A DNA stretch of 49,014 nt, filler included, from Sphacelaria rigidula (Eukaryota): assembly GCA_964200075.2 (NCBI GenBank). It is 3 parts of 3 records of this genome, joined end to end, with 100 filler letters (N's around TTAATTAATTAA, not from the genome) between each part and the next. Parts side by side here need not be neighbours in the genome. Positions count along the whole stretch, not along the records: positions 16,374 to 32,645 come from CAXNAA020001415.1; positions 32,746 to 49,014 come from CAXNAA020001416.1; 1 more part is not named here. One strand, 5' to 3'. Below the pieces are notes generated by a model. That model saw only the letters and a list, made by a program, of their open reading frames with translations. It was not told the DNA's origin and did no database searches. This document shows positions 22,601 to 35,421 of the stretch, in pieces. The translations under genes and the position numbers were made by a program. The stretch's first letter is position 1, and each line of letters starts with the position of its first letter.

Positions 22601-24514
22601 CTTCCCTCTGCCAACGATGGTCAGAAGCGACGCTCCTCCTTCCACTGATCGGTACAAAAATTCGAATTGCCTTTGAGATGTACAAGAGCGGAATCTCCCG
22701 TGGTGAATTCCGTGTTCGTGAGATATTTGCCATTCGATTTCACGTTGTCCAGTTTTATGCGTACGGGTGTTTCTTGTTCCCGGAGGAGAAGGAGTGTGAA
22801 ACGTTTCGCGCCCTTGTAGAGGTAAACAACCCCAGGGGTCCCATTGCAAGAAAACCATCATCTACGCGGAATCATCTCACTCGATCTTTTGTCGCACATG
22901 TATGGACGGAACTTCCCCAGTTGCCAGGTGTGATAGAGGCTGCTGACGACCAAGACGGTGCGTTGGGGCGAGAACAACAGGACACCTACCGCCCCGGACC
23001 TGTGAACACACGCACCCAGGTCAGTGGAGCAGAGTCAAAATCCCTGGCGAACGGTGCTGAGCTTGCAGGGGATATGAAGAGGGCGGATGACACACGTGGC
23101 CGACGTCCTGGTTCCGCCCCGTCGAGGTCTAGGTGTGTTCGTAGTCAGAAATATCATCAATGACCGGGAAACGTTCGGTTCCTGGTGTGCACGACATTGC
23201 TCTAAATTTCGGGGTCGGTGATCACTCTGAATGTAACCTCGAGTAAACAACGTTCTAGGTTGGAAGCCAACAGTCTGTGTGCTGTGACATCCCTATTCGT
23301 GGGAGGGGGGCGGGGGGAGGGGGCGGGATAGGCTAATTACAGGTAGGAAAAGACGTGGAAGTCGAGTGTACCGGATCGCTTACTCAAGTCGTCGTACCAG
23401 AACGAACGCCGTGTACACCATTCGACCCTTCCACCACGTTGCCACACACTCACTCGCTCGCCGTCCTCTCGCACCCTGATCCTCGGACTGCATCATCCGG
23501 GCCCCGCCCATGAACGACGTAGGTCATCAAGCGAGCAAAGATCTCACAATGCGGTCAACCGACCCAACTCCGCGCGCGTCACTGCACTAAGCGGCGGCGC
23601 CAACTATAGGCGCAAAGACCTCTCGAACCCTGGCGCCTTCAGTACCCGCTCAGGCAACGTTGGGGCAAGGAAACACATCAGGGCGGCTGGGAGTCCCACG
23701 TCCGCGCACCAGCTGTTGCCACCAACCGCATTAAGTGCTAGAATGGGCATCCTCGCCGACGGAGTTCGGGAGGTGTGTTGAACAAAGTAGCCGGAGGAGG
23801 AAAAACGCACGGATAGACTTGACAGACTAAGACGAGAGAAACAGCATCGCGAACGTATCCCCATAGCACGCGCATTTCAGACGGAAAGTGTCATGCATCA
23901 TAGTGTGTTCATTGCTCTCGATCGGTCTCTAACCACAGGCAGTGGAAGCGGAGGCAGCGCGCGCAAGACGAGCTGTGGCTCTGGAGCCCGTTCCGGCACC
24001 CGACTACCTTCGGTATGGCGGCATGACCGCTGCTCCGTTGGTGCAAGAACTATTCGCTGGCATCGCCAAAAATGGCACAGCGGATGAAAATTTCCGCCCT
24101 TTCAGTGAGGTAAAAGGGCGCGGGGCGAAGAGCGTAGGCAGTCTCGACGCCTTTCCTCACTTGGAGACCTCCGGAGGAGTGCGGAAACACGACAAGGGGG
24201 GCCTTGACCTATCTACACATTTGGCGTCAGGCGGATTGGGACGGACCCCTCGGGGAAATGCCGACCATGAGCGTGATGGCGCGAGGATCAGGAACACGGA
24301 GAAGAGAGACATGCGCACACAGGAGGCCTCAAGTGATCGGTTTCTCTCCTCGTTAGATCACCACACGAGGAACGTGATCAACGTGCACGTGAGAGTTCCG
24401 CCGGTTGGAATTGCTCGGCCTCTCGCAGGAGGGAACGGCTCGAAGCCAAGTAATTCTGCACGACCGAATGATGATATCATTGGAGGGGGAGAGGAGGCGT
24501 CGGTTGGTACTTGA
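16620..24514 (+). CDS. 5'-incomplete coiled-coil protein gene, DUF4795/QRICH2/C16orf96-like; exons 16620-16830, 17803-18075, 18550-18663, 19737-19886, 22297-22473, 22921-23132, 23523-23772, 23939-24514 (at least 653 aa)
   Basis: All eight exons have AG acceptors; the seven donors are GT or (one) GC; phases are consistent with no internal stop. Ala/Glu-rich heptads; MSKKADK...STKRCLSCDRIF motif; low-complexity tail with RPGSA/RPNSAR motifs. Family call is from motif recall, not a search. Confidence 0.72.
17803..18075 (+). CDS. Coiled-coil gene exon (Ala-rich helix)
   Basis: CCAG acceptor ends 17802; exon ends GILLEE at GAG|GCAAGT. Confidence 0.75.
19399..19577. mobile_element. PIF/Harbinger (Tourist)-like MITE in an intron
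   Basis: TIRs ggccaactcatatgggagcgttt / aaacgctcccataagagttggcc with further subterminal complementarity; flanks TAA and CAA. Confidence 0.75.
22297..22473 (+). CDS. Coiled-coil gene exon with KADK and CLSCDR motifs
   Basis: Polypyrimidine tract plus TTTCAG acceptor; CAG|GTACAC donor; 59 codons. Confidence 0.8.
23939..24514 (+). CDS. Coiled-coil gene terminal exon
   Basis: CTAACCACAG acceptor; open for 191 codons to TGA. Confidence 0.75.
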   Translation, partial: AVEAEAARARRAVALEPVPAPDYLRYGGMTAAPLVQELFAGIAKNGTADENFRPFSEVKGRGAKSVGSLDAFPHLETSGGVRKHDKGGLDLSTHLASGGLGRTPRGNADHERDGARIRNTEKRDMRTQEASSDRFLSSLDHHTRNVINVHVRVPPVGIARPLAGGNGSKPSNSARPNDDIIGGGEEASVGT

Positions 24515-27313
24515 GCGACAGCTAACAGTCAGTCGGTTTATGCACAATTCTATCCAATAACAGAAAGCGGAATGGGCACACCCCTGCAGCAGTTCCTCTT
24601 TACAAGGTGGACCTGCCACGGAGCTGGGGTGGAGTCAATGTCGCCTCGCACCGACCGGAAGTTGGGGCCTGAAATTTCGTCACTTTGTCCGCTTGCAACT
24701 CGCCGATACATTCCATGCGCACCTCTTGTCTTTTTGCCCCATTCACGTACGGTTTTCCACTCATCCTTGAAGGATTTGGGTCGGTCGAATCTCGGCAGAA
24801 AAAGAAAGGGTGCAATGTAATGTGTGTCGGCGAGTTCCTTGCGAGTCATGTGTCGAAGTTTCCAAAACCCTAACTCGAGAAAAAGAGGGATGTTTCGGGG
24901 CGATATTTGGAGATGTTTGCACCAAGATGAGTCTGTATACAGAAAAAGGTGTATGCATGGGTATGCGGGTTTCACGACACTAACCAGGCCGGTTCCTACG
25001 CTCGATCGCTGCACGTGATCGTTAGCCGGTCAAATTCGATTGTATGCTCTGCTTGCCCTGACTCAGTGCCGTTCAGCAGATATGATCATCTCACATAATG
25101 TGGCATTCTCGGCCCGTTCAGCTTGAACCCACACGCTCCCGGCTCTCCTTTGTGAGGTAGGTGCAGGGATGTGAGCAAACTCGGTGCGGCCACATATGCC
25201 AAATTCGACGTCCACAACCTGGCTTTGACTCTGGGTCAGAGAAAGTAGGTCGCATTCCTCTCCCGTGGCCATAAGCTCCCACACGAATTTTGATGCAGCA
25301 TTTTTTCACACCTCTCTTTTCTCCACTTATAGTGGCTATCTGGGTCTCGTAGCTTTTCCACGCTGCACGACTCGATTGCTTTGATTGATTGTCGCACTTC
25401 AACTGACTCTCCAGGGATCCAGCCGTGGTTACATGACAGACGTACCCGAGATAGAACGAAACTGCAACACTCGCTGGAGAAAAAAAAAGGAACAGAAAAT
25501 ATAGAACAGAACAAGAAAGTACACTAAGATGTAAAAGGAAAAATATTAAAAAAGAGAAGAAATGGCTGCCCTCTGCCGCATGGCTTCGGCGGAAAGGGTC
25601 TTGCTGTACGAGATGATCTTCGCGAATGAGACCAGAAAGCGTTTCCGCCGCGAACAGCACGAGTAGCAGCAAAACATAACACGATCGATAGGTTCCCTAC
25701 AACCAAATAAGCACCATCGTGTGCGCCGCATGCTTCGATGGGTCATTTGGGAACTTTTTGTAGTCGTACAGCAAGCACATGCTGGCACGCCCAAACCTGA
25801 CCTCAATGTTGGATGTTGGACGTTAACTCGCCTATTGCAGTTACGGTCGACTTCGCGACGTAAGTACGCTTGGGTTGGAAAATCAAAGCTGGTGCAATAT
25901 TGGACCCCAGGGATCCTGGCCAGGTTCTCGCCGAACTTGCGACGAGAGCATATCCGAGCTGGGAAACGCAGCCGGTGCTCTCTCGAGCACATATAATGCA
26001 CTGTTCAAGTGGATGGATACTCGCTCGGCTATCCCCAATCTTGCGATAGTGGGGTACAGTGCCAGGGATGGTAAACTGAAGCTAGTGCCACCAGAAGCAC
26101 CGGAGTGCAATGCTAAGCTCAACGGCTACGTGCCCGGCCATCGCTGACCTAGCTGCAGCGATTCATGTTTCGGTTTCGGTCGGCAAATCGAAGATGGCAT
26201 ACAGCGAAGTAACTCATCGCTGTTGTGCCTTGAAAACCCAGCCGACGATATCTTCTCTTGTTCGGAATTTCAGCACCTCTATTTGCGATTGAATCACCCA
26301 TATCGTCTATCGTTGACCCGACGGGCGGGGCGAAAAATTGAACAATATCATAAATGGTTGGTCTATGGGCCACGGAGGTCGTGAGTGAAGAGGGGGGGCG
26401 TCCAGAGGGAAATGTTCGTCAAGATAACATGAGGATCTGATGAATCTTATGACAAATGACTGATGTGGTAAACTTTGAGGCCACTTGTTGTTGTTGTTAT
26501 TGTCGTTGTTGTTGTAATATTCTTTCTCGTCACCTTAACGTGACCCCCCCCAAAAAACAAATCGAAAAATTAGACCGCGGAGGGTACTTAGACACGAATG
26601 GGCGATGCCGCATGCCTCCGGGTGGCGAAGCGACTACACGGCGTTGTATTGAATTATATTTCGATGCCCTCGGTACAGCTAGATTTTTCAGCCTCGTTTA
26701 TCGAGTAAGACAGAAGACGATCGTCACCCTCCTCACACTTGCGGACCACATCTGACGTATGCCCCGAATGGCGCGGAAAGCACCAGCATGGGGACTACGG
26801 GCGAACTTCAATTTCAAGGTCTCCGTGTGACAGCTCTGCTGCTGGAGTAAGGAGGACTATACCTCCTTTCCCACCCCATTTGCATTTTTCGCCCACAAAC
26901 CGAGAGCTACATTTATCCGCCATACTGAAGCCAAAATGATTGCCGTACGCTGAGGCCAAGACGCTAGTGACGACTCATCTGTAGGTACACAGCGAGTGAG
27001 AAACGCTGGTGCAGCCTACGTGGAGACTTTCTGTAGCTGGCTGGGGTAAGGAAAATACTTCGAGCGTTTCATTATGTTCGAGCACACCGTAGCTCTTCTG
27101 GCAGTCTTACAGAAACACGATACAAGTGTAAGACTCAATCCCCACACACAGCTCACTAAAACCGTTTTGAACCACACTCCCTGTATCCCAACATATTCGC
27201 TGAAGAACTGCCTCATATGCGACTACAAAATGCACCCCTTAGTCTGTAACGTCGAGGTTCGCTTTCGGTTACATCACGTAACATAGTACACGCACAGCCG
27301 AAGAGGGATGCTA

Positions 27314-27546
27314 CGGTAGGGGTGCACACATATTTTCTGAGGTTTGAATTGTTAGGAGCCCTTTATCTTATCGAAAACACGACTTTTCAAATACGTGAGA
27401 GTGCACTAGGATTACCAGTCCAACGTGCTAAGGATATCCTAAATAAATTTGCAAACGGGGTGCCCTGACCCATGTTCTTGTGCATCTAGAACCTTTAGGA
27501 GCCCCTGAACCAGACATTATTTTGCGCAAAAAGTGCACCCCTACCG
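27314..27546. mobile_element. Tc1/mariner-like MITE
   Basis: TA|cggtaggggtgcac ... gtgcacccctaccg|TA. Confidence 0.8.
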
Positions 27547-27659
27547 TAGCATTGCTCCGAACTCAACACGATTGTATTTCGAACAATTGTTCAAGTATCC
27601 ATAGGCATCATTCAATTATAGAGATCCTTTTCAAGTATGCATAATCATCATTCGATCCG

Positions 27660-30600
27660 AGAAAATCCTTTTCCCCCAGACTGTTGGCAGCGATGTCTTC
27701 TTACTGCAAGTCGGTGTCGATCTGCTCCATAGCCTTTATCTTGTTCTCAGTGAGCTATCCCACGTGGTTAAACTTGATGTCCGTGTGCTTGGTTCGTATA
27801 AATTGAACTCAGCCTTACCGATTCTCATCGCGCCCATGTTGTCCTCGTAGATGATAGTGGGAGTATTGTTGATCAAGTCCGACAGTCCTGAGAAGACGAT
27901 GCAAATTACTTATCATTTGACCAGCTTTATACAGGGTAACATATTTCATCTCAGTTGTTCACGCGGAGACTACTGTCTGCAGATTCGGAGTCCAGTCGAT
28001 CAGTCCGCTTGCTAAGTAGAAGACCGCGCCTGTCGTTTGAGAACCCCTTTCCTTGGTGTCCGGCAAAGGTCGAATTTATGCATAATAAACTAAACTCTTC
28101 TCCGAGCTCGAGGTCCGAGCTGTACCTCATCCCGGTATGAATGATTCCCGTCAACTACCTCACGGCTCGCTTCAGTCTCACTGCGGCCTTCGGTACTGGC
28201 TTGGACATCCTCCTTGTCAGCACCACAAGCGATTGTGTCATGTCAGATCGTGTGCATTTGCTGAGGTAAAGCAAAGATCCGGAAGCTGAACGGGCGTATG
28301 TCGTGTCTTCTCACGATGGAACATCCTCCTCGAGTATCTTGGCCGTTCCTTCAGCTTCAGCTAGAGTCTTTTGTCGCTGTACGTCGCTCATGCTGTAGCT
28401 TTTTGGAATCGATCTTGGGTACTTTTCTTGCGTTAGAGCGAATAATCTGGCGTCGTCGTGTCGGATGATTTGGACACCACATATCAAATTGGCGTTACCG
28501 ACACCCACGGTATGTAACCTGTTCTTGAGCTTGAACATAACCACTTCAATTTTCACCTTGTCGCTGCCACTCATTTGTATCTCGTCTACGTAAACTAGAA
28601 GAAGGCTGCTCCCATTGTCCATGCTGTAAAGAGAGGGTCAGCAGTGCTGGAAATAAATCAGAGAGTAACGTGAAAATTATGTCCAGTCCCGTGTCATCCA
28701 CGAGGGGAAAAACGTTGACCGTAGAACCAACCTTTGAGTTTCCACACTTTGTCACTCTCCGTTTTAGAGCACTGAAATCCTCTCGGAGACAAACCGTACG
28801 CGGGTGGACCATCCTCGCCCATGCATGCATGAAGGAAAGCAGTTTCGATGCACAGCATTCGAAAGCCGAATCGATTGCGTACCGCGCTGGCGATATTCAC
28901 ATGAACATACTCTAGAGGAGCGACTCATACTGCCTTGTCGGCTCCGCTGTTCAACTCGCGGGACCCTTAAACCACCATTCTAGTCTTGACCCTGGCGGAT
29001 TTCCCATCATGGCCACATTCTCATATCTTGACGGTATCACCTGACACTCGTTGGGCACATCAACCCGGTCAAAACGTCGTGATTGTACAGGGGTCCCGTC
29101 TCCTCCGCCACGTTTGCCCGTCAGCTACCGGTGTTAGATCTGCTGATCGCCTCCTGGCGAATGCGAGGGCCATCCCTTTGACTTGACGTGATTCCTGGAT
29201 GCGACAATCCGAACACCTAAACATTCTCCTGTGATCAGCGCGTACTCCGCACGATCGAAGGCTTCATCTTGTGCAGCGTGTTTCATTTACCGACGTCGCC
29301 CACTAGGTGTTGGTTCGCGTTGACGCGCACTCTTCTTGGTCGGAGGCGCTGCCGCGGCTGCCGGCGCTGTCCTAGATGTCCGCGCCGTGCCCTCTGACGC
29401 GAGTCGATCCAGGGCATCGTTTGGTTGGTGATCTTCGGCGGGAAAGGGCCTGATCCATTTCCAGGTGTCGAGATATCCCGAGCTTCCTCGTCACGGAATG
29501 AGACCCACGCACTGATAGGCAATATTTCGAGGTTTCTCACGGTTCCGAAGTCGATAAGTCATGGTTTTGGTGTTTTACCCCACAGGATACATCTTGACGG
29601 CGCCGGGCGCCGGACGACACTTTCCCGTTACTTTGATGTTCCTCGACATGTTTGAAGGCGGTGCAGCCCCACCGTGTGAATATTTCAGACTACCAAGGGG
29701 CTTGTTTGACCATATCTCCAGTGGAATCTTGCCACTCAAGACGTTCGTCGGCGGGCGATTGCGCATATACAGGGCCGTCTTTACGGCCTTAGCTCAAAGT
29801 CGGCGGGAAGGTGAGATTGCTCGGTATAAGGCCACGAGCGATACCGATGATGATGCCGAATCCTCGCGCAGCGATGGGGTCCTTGACGATTGTACGTTGC
29901 AGTCGTCCTAAATTTTGATCCCTAGACCTACCGCCCATCACTCGAAGCGACATTTCGAACTCTCCACCTCCATCACACCTGATTGTGGTGCAAGATAGGC
30001 CCTGCACATCCGCAACTTCCTGGATGACGTGCGAGGGTGCTTCTGCCGTGTCATCCTTTGACTTGATCGGACGCCCATCTCGTCCGCGAGCTATCACCGG
30101 TAAACATGGCGAGAAATCGATATCCCCCGTCTGTCTCCACAGGATGCCTTCCCAATATATTGACGTGAACTAGTTTCATGCCTTTTCCGTAACGTGGTCA
30201 ATTGGAAAGACGGGCGTGGATTTTTCTTGCACTTCGACTGTGAACAAATGTCGTACTCACCCAGTTTGATGTTCCGTGCAAATGTGACCCAAGGAGACTT
30301 CTTGCCGGCGAGTTGTTTGAGCGCGCGGGAGTTATAATGTCCCATTCGGCGATTCTACAGTTCAGCTGCGACAAAGGTGTATGTTACAACGCCTCTGCGG
30401 CTACTCATTTCGTACCAGCGGAAGAACGAATACCCTTCCAAGTGCAATCGATATTGGGAAAGCTAGATTACCTCTACGAATTGCCGGCGGTTTGAAGATA
30501 TGTTCTACCATCACTCCCTTCTCCTGCGGCGCACACAAGGAAAAACTACTTACAGCTTGCTCCGTGACGATCATTACTTTCAGACTGACAGGAATTAGTT

Positions 30601-31980
30601 TATCTTCGTCAGTCAAAAGACGGAATAACAGCGTACCTTTGCGTTTGGCAAGCGAGTGTTCGCACGATCCTTCTATAAGGACCCTGAAGCCGCTCCTATC
30701 GGCCACGTGAATTTCCAAGCTGGACGTTTCCGAGGCCGTAGGTGCTGTCGCAGCACAGTCGACGAAGACCGTACCTGCCCCCGTCGAACTTGTCTCTTCC
30801 TCCGTCATAGCGGGCACGCTGAGCACAATGCTGTAGTGCTGGGGAGGCCTTGATCCTGAATAAGCATGCTCGCGGGGCCATCGATCGTGGCGAAGATCGC
30901 TGTCATTGCGGCATTCGTGTCCAAGCGTTTAACGTTCGGGTGACAGCCACCATGGTCATCGTTTACTATCTGGGGATACAAGACGACATTTTTCGGCACC
31001 GCGGTCATCGCGGCGTCCTTATCCTTGAGCGTACAATGTTCGGTTGGCTACCAACATGGTCGCCTATCACAACCTTGAAGCTTGTGAGACCAGACCTTTC
31101 CCCTTGACACACAGCAGGTGTGAACCAGGCGTGAGAGGTTGTCTTCGATTCGGAGGAAGTCAACGTAACATTGGCCTGTTGCGTCGGTGGAGTCTCGTCG
31201 TCCGCGTGATTGTGCTCCTGACGCAGTGGGACCCGTTTCCAGCCGTGCGAGGTTGACACGCGACAGTATCGACAACGTCCGTGGGGATACACTCGGCGCC
31301 GAATGCTCCAACGTCGTTCCTGGCTGGAATCGGGAGAGTTGCCAACTTGACAAGTTGTCGCGTTGACACTGCTCGACGCGTCAGAAGGCTTCGATCTTCT
31401 CACCTTTTGGCGTTCCCGCCTCATCCCCATTCGTGTGAACGACCATTACTGCGGTGGCCACCACAGCCGCCCTCATGCGTGGCGGTGTTGAGTGCGTTCG
31501 TGGTTTGAGCCTCCACGCGATCGATTGCCTGCCTGTACCTTCCTGCTCCACAGTTGAGCAGCATCAGATGCCGAAGCTTACGATGCGACACTGTCAAAGG
31601 TAACATCACGATATGGTTGCTGATCACAAATGATCGCAGCTTTCAGCGACTCGTAATTGGAGTCAGGCAATGCTTCAAACGATGAGTGTTTCTGACGACC
31701 GCCAATTATGCCGTTTCTGAGTTCAGAGAGTCCAAGAAACACGCGGCGTAAATTTTGATTACGCGACAAGGGTCGTACCCATCTCGTGTGGTCACCCTGG
31801 TAAGGGTCGTTATTTTACGAGGCTGTTTTTTTTCCAGCCGTTCCCGGCTTTTTTGGGGAGAAAATGTTTTCTCCGAAAAATATGACAGCAGATTTTGCAA
31901 AGTCAAGCAGTATAGTTTCCGGTTGTTTTTAAAGAAACACCCCACTGAATCACACAAATACTGGGAAAACTGTACTACAC
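27660..31980 (-). mobile_element. Highly degenerate Ty1/copia retrotransposon
   Basis: Copia order on the minus strand: gag knuckle remnant (CRYCRVSTSH), pre-integrase (MGHYNSRALKQL), integrase (IRCDGGGEF), RT (IETAFLHA; LLVYVDEI), RNase H (IYEDNMGA; TKHTDIK). LTRs not identified; ends approximate. Confidence 0.85.
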
Positions 31981-32645
31981 ACAGCTCACAAGAGCTGTTC
32001 TCGTACTAGAGTCTCTGCGTTCCAACAGTTACGTATACCACCAAACTACGGCAGACAACACCGGTATCACGGGGTCCTCGGTCATTTCCAGCGGTCGCGA
32101 ACTTCAACAAACCCATCAATCCGACCAAAGGAAGACATAACCAGACAGCAATGATCGCGAGCTCGAGGAGCATGTGTGCATATTTATTCTGATTTTTCAT
32201 GACAGTAAAATGTGCGACAGTCGATCGGTCATCAATCAATAAAATGGGATTCTCAAATATGTGAGCGATTTATTCGTCGGAATGGGAAGGGAGAAATGGT
32301 GTGTGGAATTGTGGGAAATATTGCCTCCATCAAGGCGTTTTCTATGGCAATTCTTGTGAGGTTTTCTGCAGTGTCTGCCTTCGAAGGTAATATATAGGAG
32401 AGTGGCAGTGCCCGGAGGTTAAGATCCGAGTTCATCAGGTTGTGGGACTACTAAAAGGTACCTTGGAGGGGCACCGTTTCCCACAAATTCCACAATGATA
32501 AGGTTATCGTTTCATCGAAGTCGCCTGAGGGGGGAGTACCATTTCCCCCACTCATTGCTTGCGTCAGGCATTTGAGGAGAGGGGGGTGGGTGTACTCATG
32601 ATCATGCATGCCATAGTCATCAGACCATTGACCTCGCATCCCTAC

Positions 32646-32745
32646 NNNNNNNNNNNNNNNNNNNNNNNNNNNNNNNNNNNNNNNNNNNNTTAATTAATTA
32701 ANNNNNNNNNNNNNNNNNNNNNNNNNNNNNNNNNNNNNNNNNNNN
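32646..32745. other. Assembly gap with TTAATTAATTAA spacer
   Basis: N block with a central linker. Confidence 0.95.
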
Positions 32746-34615
32746 AATATCGGAAAATTCCGTAACCTTGAAACGCTTCAGCATGGTGTCGACAAAGGTC
32801 GTCTGATTCACGTACATGGTACCTCTTTTCCGGTTCCTCTCGATGGCACACCCCATATACCACTGAACTTCACCTAAGTTGTTCGTTGGGAATCTGTTAT
32901 CTAGGATATTGCATACCCTCTCCACCCTTTTCGTTTCTCCCCCAATTAGAATGTCGTCCACATGTACAACAAGTATGGCACACACTTCCCCCCCCTTCCT
33001 CCAGTTTGTATACACACGGGTCAGCCTTACTTTGCGACATTCCTCCATCCTCCATCAGTGTTTTATTCAGGAGGAGGAACCATTGTCTCCCTGCTTGTTT
33101 GACGCCGTGTATAGATTTTTCTAGCCTAACCGTGCTACCTGTCAATGGGCCACACCCTTCTGGGAGCTTCATGAACACGCTCGTGTCCATTTTGGCTCGT
33201 ACGATGGGGGGACGCAAACCGATGGGGGGACGCAAACCAAAACTGGACTCCGCCTCTGTCCCGTTTTCGGCTGAAAAACAAAAATACACCTGCTCCGCAA
33301 AAGTCTCTTCGATCAGCCTGGCCGCGCTGCCTCCCACCTCTGGTCCGGCTGCTGCAGTGATCAGCTCCGTCACCCCGCACTTGTCCTCCTCCTTTCCATA
33401 TAGTACAGTTTCAGCTTGAGCCCTCGCCTGAACCCTCGCCATCGGGCGGGAGAAAATTTCGTTTATTTCTCACACCAGCGTTTTCTCCATTTCCTCTGCC
33501 GCCGATGCTAGTTCGTTCCGGTCAGCTGCCGCTCTCATCGCCCTGCGCATGCGACCTGCCATTTGTGGAGGCAGAGGCAATTCATCGTCGAGTCCAAGAC
33601 GGCGTAGCTCCGTCCTTGGGATTTCGGGAGCTCCACCGCCCCCCCCGTCGTTGCGCTCCGGGGTGTCTACAGTTGTTGGTGTTGTTGCTGTCGGCGTTGG
33701 CGGCGGCGATGTAGCTGTCGGCGGCGATGTAGATGTCGGCGGCGATGTGGCGGCCGGCGGCGATGTGGGGGCGCTGATCCCCCGTCATCAATAAAATGTC
33801 GGACAGGGTTGCGTAAAATCCTGCGCGACCCCCCGCTTCTGCAAGGAAGCGGCGAGGTCATCTCACCCCCCCCCCCGCCAATAGCAGGGGTCTGTTGTGC
33901 CGCTTCTGCGTCCAGCTCTGGGTTGGGGAACAAGAACGACACGTGACGTGAACCGCGGGGTGAAGCACGCGGCGCCGGAGTTTGCCGTTCCGCGGACTCG
34001 CTGCCGGCCGTCCCTCCCTCGATCTTGTCATCCCTGGCTCCGTCGGGCGTCGGGATCGCTTGCTGTGGGGCGGGGAGAGGAGGAGTATGGGGGACATACG
34101 CCCATGTTACGTGCCTGGTCGTAGTAGTTTGTCCTGTTTCCGTCATCACTCTCATAGCATCGCGCAGGTATCCTGGGGCTGGGCTAAGGTATCAGCACCT
34201 CTGAGCTTTTCGTTGTAACTTGTCTGTCCTCTGAACCCTACAAAATCCAGACTTTAGAAAAGGAAGAAGGTTGTTTTCCGGTGGAACTCCGTGCCACATT
34301 TCGTGTGGCGTCTTGTTTCCCGGGTTAGCCGAGGTCGCAGTACAGTTCAAAGCATGGCATGCCCAGTTAGCTTGTTCCGCCAACAGATTCTTGCTGGTTG
34401 GGATATTCTGGTTCGGGTACATCTCCGATGCCTGAATTTTGGCTGCAAGGCCGGCCGACTCGATGATGCCAATTGCCCGCTCCGCTACGCCGTTGAACTG
34501 TGGGGAGTCAGCAGTCGTTTTCTCTTGCTTTATTTTCTCTCTATCACATAGCTCCTCGAACACCCCCTCCGAAAATTCACCTCCACCATCACTGCGGACC
34601 TTCTCGATTTTCCGA
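32746..34615 (-). mobile_element. Ty1/copia fragment (integrase core to RT), 5' half deleted
   Basis: VRSDGGGEF...SPQFNGVAER; TRHVTW; VFMKLPEGCG...LEKSIHGVKQAGRQW; ILVVHVDDILI; two short internal tandem repeats (33201-33240, 33700-33770). Confidence 0.92.
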
Positions 34616-34794
34616 TGCCATCTACTCTACCCTGTATTCCAGTTTGTATAGATGGTATATCTCTGACCATCTCTGTCAGTGTGCTAAGCTGACCACTGAA
34701 CAGACTCATCATACTTTCGATTTGACTCGTCAGCCCGTCTAATCTCTCTTCTGAAGACGGAGCGTTACCATCGTTCCTAGCCATACTTGCCCAA

Positions 34795-35027
34795 GACACT
34801 TTCTACGATAGCCCCCTCCCAAAACCAGCTAAAAGTGTCACGAAAAAAATGGTCATACAGCGCCTGATGTTTGNNNNNNNNNTTGGCGACATTGGCGACT
34901 AGAACGAAACCAAGCGTGGGAACATCCAGCTTCTCGTTGTGCTCGGCTTTTCCAATTTCGATTCACGTGGAGATTTTGCCTCCCAAAACCGTGCACTTTT
35001 TCGGGGGGGGCTATCGTAGAAAGTGCC
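34795..35027. mobile_element. MITE with ~21-bp TIRs spanning a small gap
   Basis: gacactttctacgatagcccc / ggggctatcgtagaaagtgcc; CCAA on both flanks. Confidence 0.7.
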
Positions 35028-35421
35028 CCAATCGATTGATCACTAGTGTATTCCTTGGCTCAGGCACAGGATAATGCTTTCAGATCTTTTATTGAAGAGC
35101 ACCCGAGTTCTACTGTAACTTAGGAGAGTGCTGATGAGATGGAGGGTAGATGAATGAGAATGATCAAGGGTGGCGAACTGCTCCGCTGCTCTCAGCCGTA
35201 CTGTACCACATTTGCACACACTTGACTGTCGATACTCGTACGTCACCCCGACCCCCGGTTGTACGTAGATCCAGCATTACTGGGTATCTGAATCACTCGA
35301 ACAAGGAGGAGTCGTGTTTGACGTCCTGCCTTTGAGTTCTCTATTTACGGTGACTGAGAAACGAACGCTTTACTTGTGCACATATACTTGTAGTCGCGTG
35401 TCAACAAACTGTGAACATAGT

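Noticed and set aside
26437..26470. CTGATGA as a hammerhead ribozyme core (also 5648, 35131, 47993)
   Set aside because: No convincing flanking stems with a correctly placed GAAA and cleavage triplet
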